A stretch of DNA of 64,000 bases from Orbicella franksi. Taxonomy: Eukaryota. Location of the stretch: the NCBI GenBank assembly GCA_964199315.1, contig OZ116706.1, positions 5,642,001 to 5,706,000 of the forward strand, read 5' to 3'. Shown piece after piece: positions 12,237 to 22,847 of this stretch. The first letter of the stretch is position 1. Every line of letters begins with the position of its first letter. The position numbers and the translations under genes were made by a program. A model generated the notes under the pieces. The model saw nothing but the letters and a program-made list of their open reading frames with translations. It made no database searches and was not told the DNA's origin.

Positions 12237-14353
12237 CTATACATCGATCTCTAGATTGGATTCATTGTCTGATATTGACGGCGAGTGAGTCAAATCTGAG
12301 TTCGAACCATCATGAGAGTCTCTACGCAACTGCAGCACGTGCATTGAAGACGGTCGCGAGCCTGACTTCGGTGTGGCCCCCGCAGGGGGCGAAAATACCG
12401 GGGATGACGCACCCGTGTCCAAAGGAGAAACCGACGGAGAACGAGTCACTAAAGGCGTAATAGCAGGAGTAAAGTTCGGCGAAAATGCCGGCGAAGTATA
12501 GCGTGTGGACGGAGGGCTAATAGGTGAGCGAGGAAGTGAAGAAACCGAAGAAAGCATGTCTGTTGTCACCATTCCTGTTGCAGGATTCCTTGATCCTTGA
12601 CTCGAAGGCAAACTCAGACTCAAAGATTTCTTCGGAGGGGCGTCGTCTTTCATTTTACCAATTTCAAGGAACACGTCCGCTAACGGCTGAAACTGTGGGC
12701 CCCAGTCAAGCAGATAATCCCAGTTATAACTTCCGGTGAGTTCTTCACGACTACCTACGATCGAACTTAACGAGCCACCGTACGAAGGATGATCGTGTCC
12801 TTCTTCGACATACGGTCTCATGCCGTCGATAATCGATTCATCCTCGTCGGCGTCGACTTCCGCAAGCTTCGCGTATAATAAATTACTGACGTCCACTCCG
12901 CCGTCCGCCTCGCCGCCCCCTTCTTCACCGAACACGTGAAGGCTTTCTTGACTTCCCAGCCGAGCGAGTAACTTATCGATTTTGTCCGTTTGTTTATCGA
13001 TCGCGAGGCCCTCCCCTTGCATCATGCTGCTTCCGTCACTGATCGTAAGCTGAGAAACTTGATCAGAGTCTTGCTGAATCCCTGAATCCGGTCCCACAAC
13101 AGTTTTGACATAGTTCTCCGAATGCAGACTCCCGATATCTCCGTTCACGATCACCGGCGGATGGCCATCTTCGAAATCGACACCTTCGGATGATCCTCGA
13201 CCGCTCGACGCGCTGTTCGGCGTATCCGAGGATTCGGTTCCACGGGCAGGCGAGTCACTCGGGCCGTTCAGCGGGGAGCACTCCTGAGAATAGCCGCGCG
13301 GCGTGGAGACGTTATCAAGGGATGAGTCCACGTGGTTTATATTTCCATTTGGAGCTTGAGGATGCACGGTGATCTCATCGAATGAGCCATCGTAACGCAA
13401 GCGAGGATGCTGTCGATTCCTCTTCTTCTTCTTCTTTCGCATATAAATGGCGACCATAACGACGATAAAGGCGATTAAAATGACCCCGGCCAGGACTGCT
13501 AAGGCAATAATTATAGACAAAGTGCTACCAGCTATTCCTCCGTCGTCCTCATCATCTCTTGCTCCTGTGGTCGGACATCCAGGACAGGCAAAGTCTATTC
13601 CTACTACAACCAAGACCAAACTCGCCTTTGACTTTGCTTTGCCGCTATCGGCGCGTACGCGTAACGTGACCTTTGTCACGTCAGTTTCTCTTCTTGCTCT
13701 CCGGCGTGACCCAATCGATTCTTCATCGGCTAAATCAATACTTCTTCGGCTGCGCCTAGCACTGTTGACTCCCTCGAGCGACTTGTTCACGAAGATGACT
13801 CCGGAAGTTCCATTGATTGCAAACACATCTGAACTGCTAAACTCAAACGAATAACGTACGACTCCATCTTCGCCTTCATCTTCGTCTGTGGCGACTACCT
13901 GCCCTACAACGTCGCCGATTTTCGCGTTACCAGGGATGTCAAACTCGTAGCTACTCTTTTCAAACTTGGGATCGCTTTCATCCACGCTCTTGATGTAAAC
14001 TGTCAGGTTTACGTTGCTTGTCAGAGGTGGGCTTCCTCCATCTTCAGCTTTGACTTCCAAAACGTAACTATTACGAGTTTCGTAGTCAAACGTTGCGTTG
14101 GTACTGAGCTCTCCGCTGAAACTGTCGATGACAAAAAGGCTCCAGCCACTCCCCCCGAGGATGCTGTACTTGACCGCTCCATAGTTCCCAGAGTCGCGAT
14201 CAACAGCAGTAACATCGTAGAAGGATGTTCCCACGGGTGAGTTTTCTTCCACCGCCACTTTATCAGGATGAGGGATGTAAAATTCAGGAACGTTGTCATT
14301 TATGTCGCCTACTTTGATTATCACAGATGCAAGGCTCTTCTTTCGTTTAACAC
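12237..14353 (-). CDS. DCHS1: Dachsous protocadherin, coding exon 2 (end of EC25, EC26-27, TM, cytoplasmic tail)
   Basis: Acceptor tttcag|GT at 14354/14353, phase 1; 2117 nt to the stop at 12237. Contains the TM (STLSIIIALAVLAGVILIAFIVVMVAIYM-RKKKKK) and the Dachsous-diagnostic tail motifs SSGRGSS, GPDSGIQQD, EELTGSYNWDYLLDWGPQFQPLADVFLEI and SPAFSPNFTPAITPLVTRSP. It is the single pro-orthologue type of ds/DCHS1/DCHS2. Confidence 0.95.
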
Positions 14354-14947
14354 CTGAAAAAGAAACAGACATGTTTCAACTTCAAGACTGGCTAAAAGCA
14401 GATTATTTTGATTCCTTAGGGTGAGAAACTTCGGTGAGAAACAATTGTTGTTAGGCATAGAAACCTATCCTTCTTGAACCACGGTTGCGTGACAATTTTC
14501 TTGCGAGCGCAAAACGTTACGCACCACCTCACCCCCCATCTCGAGTCTGTTTTTCAGGACTGTTTTCAGTTTTCCATAGATTTGGGTCCAACGTTTCCTC
14601 TGGATTTGAGGGCAATTGAAAGAAAACTTACACTACCTAGTGCAAGATCGCTGGTTGGACTAAACATGGTCGGAAGTACTCAGTCGTGTGTAACCGCTTT
14701 AAGGATAAAACTAGCAGTTGGTTAATGAACAAAAACGCCAGGGAAGTAACGTGTGAGGAAGATTATAAACACAGATTACGAACGATAAACTAAAAAAAAT
14801 CGTTGATTCTTTCAAGATTCGCCATCTGGGATCCATCCACTTAACGCCAATCGTCCACAACAGTCAAGATTACTCTCACCCGGTCCAGCACATCATCGGT
14901 AATTCCTAGGTTAAACCAAAATAAATCAAATAAAAGAGTAGTCTTAC

Positions 14948-17900
14948 CTTCATCTCTAGCTTCTATCGACAGCTTATGTTCCTTGATACTCTCGTGATCT
15001 AACGGCTTGATCGTCACTATTTCACCAGTCGTGCTGTCGATCTTGAAAGACTGTTTATCATTGCCTGACCCGATGGAAAACACCACGCGTCCGTTCAATC
15101 CCGAGTCTCTATCCAATGCATTCACTCGGAGAATCATCGTACCGTTCGGCACGTCTTCGTTGACTTCTTGAACGTAATTCGCGGGATCGAAAACTGGTGG
15201 ATTATCGTTCACATCTGTGATGGTAATGTTCACTTCAACTACAACGCTCTTATTCGTGCTGTCATCCCGCGCTTCAACACCAAGGAGGTAATTCGATTCC
15301 GTCTCGTAGTCCAAACCATCTTTATTGACCTCTATGACACCACTACGGCGACCAATCCTGAACAGTGACTGGGGATCACCAAATTTAAGCTCGTAACTGA
15401 TCTTGGCCACGTTCAAACCGGAGTCATCGACTGCCGAAACCGTCACGACCGAAGTACCGGGTTTCGTGTCTTCGGGAATGCTCGCCTTGTAGGCTGCCTG
15501 GCTAAACCTTGGTTTTCGGTTGATTCTGATTTGCACGGTGACAAAAGCACGCTGAGTGGGAGTACCATGGTCAGTGGCCGACACGATCACGAAGAGCAAC
15601 GATTCCCGAACGCCAACTTCGATCCGTTTCGCCGTGTAGATGACGCCGGAGGAGCTGTTAATCCGAAATTCGTCGACGGAAGTGTCGAACGCATAAGTGA
15701 GCTGCCCATTGGAGCCACTGTCTTCGTCTTCAGCGCTGACCCGCAGGATGGACGTCCCTGCCGCTGTTTCCTCGGACAAAGTCGCCTGATAAGAGCTGTC
15801 CAAAAATTTGGGCGCGTTGTCGTTGACATCTTTAACATGCACGGACAAAGTTGTTTCTGACAGGTGGACTCCGTCGCTGCAGGTGATGTTTAGCAAGTAA
15901 GATTTGGTCCCCTCATAATCAAGAGACCCCAGCAAGCTAACGTCTCCGGTGAATTGGTCAATGTGAAACAGACCTTGGCTGTTCTTGCCGTTACTGAAGG
16001 AGTACGCCAAATTTGGATTTTCGTCCTTGTCAGAAGCAGCAAGACGCTTCAAGACAGATCCCACCTTAAGGTCCTCATCGACGTCCACTGAATAGGGCCC
16101 TGAGAATACTGGGATGTTGTCATTCAAGTCGATAATTTTGACAAACACGTGACTTAAACTGGACTGTGGCGGGGTTCCCCCATCAGTTGCCTTGACAACC
16201 AGGTCGTAGAGGGTCTTATTTTCACGATCAATTGGTCCCCGTGTGGAAATTACACCCGTCTGTGAATTAATGGAAAACTGTTCGTTCACGTTGCCTCCAA
16301 ACATTTCGTACGTTATTTTGTTGTTATCTCCAGAATCCTTGTCTGTCGTCGTTAGTGACGTTACTGTTCTTGGAACAAAACCGCTGGTGAAAGACGCATT
16401 GTCCTCTGTGAGTTGGACGGAAATGTTAGCAGGATAAAACACTGGCGCGTTGTCGTTCAGATCTGTCAAGTTGACGTACAAGGTTAAGTAAGCATTTCGT
16501 GACGAGGACCTTGACGCGATGATATAAAGGCGGAAGTCACGCAATCTCTCAAAATCGAGCTGCGCTTGATTTGCCACTGTCACGACACCGCTTTGAGGAT
16601 TGATGTAGAAAGCGTTTCCGATGTTCCCTTCAACTATGCTGTACGCTATATCATTCGATGGATTCGCTAACACTCGGGTCACTTCGTGATTCTTCGGGCT
16701 GTTCTCGGGAAGGGACACGAAGACTGGCGTGCTGTTCACGAACTGAGGTGGAGTAACCGAGACGGTGCCAACGACAATCTCTACTATTCCCCTTCCGGTG
16801 AGATTGCCGCCATCGTCAGCGACGATGCTCAAAATGTACGCACCGTCTGGAATGCTGGAAACATTTTTGAATCGTAAATGCCCAGTGTTGCTTTCCAAGA
16901 GGAAGTACTGAGGCGAAGAACCGTTGGCAAACCTGTAAGTCATTTGAGTAATTGATGAAGAATCTTCATCCGTTGCACTAACTGTCAGCAACAAATCCTC
17001 TGGCTTGACGACAGACCGCTCGATCACTTTGACATAAGGTATCATCTTAAACTCAGGGGCATGGTTGTTCTCATCGATGATTGACACCTTCACGGCAACT
17101 GATGCTTTCCTCGGGAACACACCTCTGTCCGTCGCGTGACAGAGGAAGTTGTACTCCTTGCTGACCGAGTAGTCGAATTCCTGCACGGTGTAGATCTCTC
17201 CTGTCTTAGAATCGATGCGGAAAACGCCAAATGTATTGTTGCTCAAGGAGTAGACTACGTCTCCGTTCATTCCCCAGTCGCTGTCAGTTGCTGTCACGGT
17301 GAGGATAAGAGAGCCAGTCTTCGTCAGCTCGCGGATATTTACATCGTAAGAATCTTGCTGGAACTTCGGCGGATTGTCGTTTATGTCACCGACAATGATT
17401 GTCACGCGAGCGGTGGAGTTATGAAAAGGAGATGTGACATCGCTTGCTTCTATTTCTAAATCATAACGAGCTTTGTCTTCTCTGTTGAGCCGAGCTGTTG
17501 TCGACAGTGCGCCAGAGAACTCTCCGATTGAAAACTTCCCGTCTTCGTCGCCGCTCTTTAGAACGTAGCGTACGCGGCCATTTTCACCGATGTCTGGATC
17601 TTGAGCTGTTAAAGTGTGAAACACGAAGGGGGCTTGCTCTTCCAAGACAGTCAAATTCAAGCGAGAAGGGTTGAAAACAGGACCGTGATCGTTCTTGTCC
17701 AGAACTCTAATTATCACACTGCAAGTGCCGACGCGAAAGGGGAACGCATTGTCAGTGGCATACACAGTAAGTTGATACTTGTCGTTTGTCTCACGGTCAA
17801 GCGTCGAATTCGTGTAGATCACCCCACTGCTTTCATTGATGGCAAACTTGGACATCACCTTCCCCCTGGGAATGCTATAGGTCAGAGCTCCGTTTGACCC

Positions 17901-20900
17901 GCTGTCTAGATCACTGGCGCTGATCTTCATCACAGTGGTACCCATGGGCTCGTTTTCGCTCACGTTGCCAAGGAACAGACTCGGCTGAAATTCCGGCGCG
18001 TTGTCGTTCACATCGACCAGGAAAATGGTGAGGAGCTGGTATGAGGACAGCGGCGGGGACCCTTCATCTGTGGCAGAAATGTTCAGGACATACTTGGGTG
18101 TGGTCTCGTAATCCAACGCGCCCTGCAACATTAGCAGACCAGTGTCCGCCTGTAAAGAGAACTTTCCAAAGCTATCTCCGCTGCCACCTTGCTCGATTCT
18201 GTACTTCACTCGACCGTTGCCACTTAAGTCCTGATCAATGGCAGTGATGGTGATGACAGGGTAGCCGAACGGTTCGTCTTCCATAACATACGTGTAGTTC
18301 GGCGACACAAAGGCTGGCTTGTTGTCGTTGATATCGTCCACGATGATGAAAACCGTTATGGTACTCGATAATCGCTCGGATTCTGTGAACGCTTGATCGG
18401 TGGCTCGGATGTTCAATGTGTACTCGTCCACCAACTCGCGATCGATTGTTCCGATAGTCTGCACGGTGCCCGACGACGGATCCACTTTAAATTTCGCAGG
18501 TCCTGGGGACTGAGAATCGACTGAATACCGAATCCAGCTGTTCTGGCCAGAATCATAGTCATGAGCTGTTATAGTGGTCACGTTGTAGTTGGTTGGCACA
18601 CCTTCAGGTAGTTGTACCGTGACGGGGTTCCTGTCAAACGTGGGTGTGTTGTCGTTGGAATCTAACACAAACACCGTGACGTACAAAAAGCTACTTTGGC
18701 TGTTTTGTCCCTGGTCTCTGGCTACGATCCTCAACTGGTACTTGCTTCTTTTCTCGAAATCCAGTGGTCTGCGCAGGACAATAACACCGGAGGTCACGTT
18801 GATTTCAAATACTTTTCCACCGTTACCTTGATCGATTGTGTAACGCACTCTTCCGTTGTTCCCGGCATCTTTGTCCTTGGCTGTCACGGTGGTCACGACA
18901 GTGCCAACCGCTTGTTTTTCCGGCACATTCACGAAGAAGCTGTTGTTGACAAAGCGAGGTGCATTGTCATTAACATCTAGGACGTGAATAGTCACGAACA
19001 CAACAGTGGACTGAGGTGGGTTCCCTTGGTCGCTAGCACCAATATTCAACGTGTATCGCTCGTTCTTCTCGCGATCCAACGGAGCTGCAGTGGTGATCAG
19101 TCCAGTCTGCGCATCTATGCTGAACATATTAGTTGTACTAGCAGCGAAGTAGCTGACCTCACCGTTAGACCCTACATCTCGATCTGTCGCTTGCACTGTA
19201 ATGACCGAAGACCCCACATCAATGTTCTCATACACAGCTTTCTCATAAGATAGTTCCTTAAAGATGGGTGCATTGTCGTTAAGATCTTGAACAGTTACGG
19301 TGACACTGGCAGAGCCTGTCCTGGGGTTCTGCCCATGATCAACTGCCTTGACCAGGAAGCTGAAGGATTTTTCCTGTTCTCGGTTCAAGACTTTGTTGGT
19401 TCTTATAACGCCTGTGTTTCGATCGACCACAAACTCGGGACTTGGAGACATTAAAATATATGCAATCTTGGCATTACTTCCAGCATCTTTGTCTGTTGCA
19501 GAAACTTGACCTACGAATGTTCTGTTCGGTTCATTCTCATCAACTGGGAATATGTATGAAGACAGCGTGAACTTTGGATTGTTGTCATTAACATCTTCAA
19601 CATAGACAGTTACATCAGCCGTCGAACTCTTTGGGGGATTTCCTTTGTCGGTTGCAACCACAGTGAATTTATAAACTTCTTTTTCCTCTCTGTTTAGTAT
19701 TTGCTTTATGAAGATCCAACCGTTTGGTCGCAAGCCAAACAAGGTGGTATCCACTCCTGACTGAAAGGAGTATGAAATTCTAGCATTGTCCCCTGTGTCG
19801 GCATCGGATGCTGACACATTCAAGATGTCAGTCCCTGCTGGTGTGCGTTCACTGACATATACAGTGTACGAAGTGTTTGGGAAGATGGGTGCGTGATCAT
19901 TCACATCTACGACAGTCAATCTAAAAGTGGCAGTGGTATTCAATGGCGGTGAACCACCATCTTCTGCCAAAACTCGAATTGAATACTGCCTGGGGCCTTC
20001 AAAGTCAATAGCACGTGTCAATGACAGTGAGCCTGTATCTTGACCCAGTTCAAATGTGTTGTTAGGGTTCACAAGAAGAGTGTACCTCACTTGTCCAAAA
20101 TGACCACTGTCTGGATCCTGCGCAGTCACATTATAAAATGTATGTCCAACTTTGGTGTCTTCTAGAATGTCAACATCAATTATGCCGCTGTCAAATGATG
20201 GAGGATTGTCATTAAGATCAATTACTGTCACGCTCACATTCGCAAAGCCATATAGAGGGGGCTTACCACCATCTTTAGCTTGAATGTTAAGCCACACCTT
20301 TGGAGTTGTTTCATGGTCAACGTTGCTCTGTGTAAATATTGTTCCAGTAGCGTTGATGCTGAACACACTATGGATGTTGCCTCCACTGATCGCGTAGAAA
20401 ATATCAGCATTGGTTCCCAGATCTTTACTTGAAGCATACACTGAGCCTAACACTGTGTGTAAATCAGAATTTTCAACTATGGTGAAGTTGTAAAAGCTGG
20501 GTTCAAAAACTGGAGGCTCATCATTCACATCTAAGACTGTCACTTCTACAACTGCTGAATTTTTGGACTTCAATCCACCACCGTCAGTAACCTCCACATC
20601 AAGTCTGTGAAAGTCCTTTGTTTCTCGATCAAGGGATTTAAGCAGAACTATTACTCCAGTTGATGATTTCATAAAAAAATGACCGTCACTGTTCCCATTT
20701 GAAATTGAAAAGGTCAGTTGTGAGAATATACCACTATCATTATCTCTGGCAAAAACTGTTGCTACAACATCTCCCACTGTCAGATTCTCATACAGTGATA
20801 CACTGTATGTTGTTGGGTTTACGACTGGATAGTTGTCATTCTCATCTACAACTGAAATGTTCAGAACAGAGGTTGCCGTTTGCCCGCCTCCATCAGAAGC

Positions 20901-22847
20901 CACAATGTTAAATATGTATGAAGCTTGAAGTTCATAGTCGATCGGTCCTGATGTTGTTACAATTCCACTTTTAGAGTTTATAGCAAAAGGTGTATTTCCT
21001 TGATTGGTTTCTAAAGAATAGCTTACAATTCCATTAAGTCCACTGTCACGATCAGTTGCTGAAACTAGTGTGACATTGGTGTCACTAGCAGTATTCTCAT
21101 CGACTGTTGCAAAGTAAACAGTTTTGGTAAAGACTGGTAAATTATCATTGGCATCACTTATGTTTACGATAACTGTGCAGTTAGCACTCAATGGTGGAAT
21201 GCCTGAATCAGTCACAGTGACAAGGAACTTGGGTTGGGGAACTTTCTCGCGATCCAACATTGCAGCTGTAAAGATTTCTCCAGTCGTCTGGTTGATTTTA
21301 AACCATGTTTTGAAAAGAGCATCTTGTGGTGTATAGGAGATATTATAAACTAACTTGGCATTTAAACCTTTGTCCTCGTCAGCAGCACGAGTGACCACAA
21401 CCCTTGATCCAATGGTAGCATTCTCTGACAACACAGCAGTAAACACATCTTGATCAAATTCAGGATGGTTATCATTGACATCTCCAACATTAATGATAAA
21501 ACTTTCCTGTGAGGTTTGCTGGGGTTGGCCTCTGTCTTTGGCAACAACTTTCAATGTATAAGCTGCCTGTCTTTCTCGATCCAATTGTTTAGCAGTTGCA
21601 ATAATGTCAACATTATTATTAGGGTCTGACTTAGCACTAAAATGTCCATTACCTCCTTCCAGAGTAACATCAACCTCTCCGTTTTTGCCCGAATCTTTGT
21701 CAGAAACGTAAATTCGTGCGACCGAAGTTCCAATACTGGCGTCTTCGGAAACTTGATAGCTTCCGCCAAGCTGAAATTCTACTCTAATATCGGGTTTATT
21801 GTCGTTAATATCTAGGACATGAATGCTCACAGTTGCAACATCAAACTTGGATGATCCCAGAACGCCAGGGTTTCTTGCTCGAACTAATATGCTGTAATCG
21901 TGTTTCTTTTCATAATCCAGTAGTACATTGTTCACTACCACTCCAGTCTTGTCATGGATGCTAAACACAAAGTTGGGATCCGAGTGCGAGCCACGCTCGA
22001 TCACATACAAAACTTCACCGTTCATTCCAATATCATTATCAGTGGCGAAGACTTTCAAAATCGGTGTACCAATTGCCGAATTTTCGGTAATGTTAGCTGA
22101 ATAAGATTTGTTCGTAAATACAGGATCATGGTCGTTTATATCTAGCACAGTAATGTTGAGTAATGCAAAACCAGTCCGCCGTGGATTACCTCCATCGCTG
22201 GCAGACACATTCAAAATGTATGCGTCGCGCTTTTCTCGATCGAGGACTTTTCCTTGCTCCAAACCTAGTTCTGCACATAAAGCGCCGTTGTTATCCACAA
22301 ACTCAGTCAGCTTGAAAACACTACCAATGTTTCCAGATAATATAGAATATGTTTGCGTCGAATTTGAGCCGAAATCTTTGTCCAATGCCTTGATTCGCTG
22401 CTGCACAGAGCCTTCCTCGTACAGCTTGAAATTGTACACATCGTTCGCAAATCTCGGAGTGTTGTCATTAGCATCAGTTACATTTACTAAAACTAGCAAT
22501 CTCTGAAATGGAGCGAAGGCCACTAAGGAAATTTCGTAGTTTGGAACGGTTTCGCGATCCAAAACAACGTTTGTAGTAATGATCTTCGTAACTGAATCAA
22601 CGTTCAAGTCACCAGCTTGAGGAGTGATGCCTGTTACGATGTTAAAGTTGACGTGTGTCAGGCTGCCGACAAAAGATCCTTTTGGGAGTCCTTCAGAAAT
22701 ATAGAAAGTGGCTGTTGATGCACTGGTGAAGCTAGGATGAAGATCAAACACACATGTGGTCCATAATAACACAATGTACCAAAGCCACAGTTTGGTTTTG
22801 AATCGGCATACATTCCATGGAATACATGTCCGTTCGAAATGACTCAT
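14948..22847 (-). CDS. DCHS1: Dachsous protocadherin, coding exon 1 (signal peptide, EC1 to mid-EC25)
   Basis: 7900-nt exon from ATG 22847 (A at -3) to the donor GAAG|gtaaga at 14948/14947. Hydrophobic signal, then repeated LDRE and DxNDNxPxF motifs. My count over both exons is 27 repeats, the Dachsous number. Spliced CDS is 10017 nt, 3338 aa; the intron is 14354-14947 (594 bp). Confidence 0.95.

Noticed and set aside
12275-22506. Many 60-135 aa plus-strand and alternate-frame ORFs overlapping Dachsous
   Set aside because: Expected shadow ORFs of a long, relatively GC-rich CDS; no recognisable domains.
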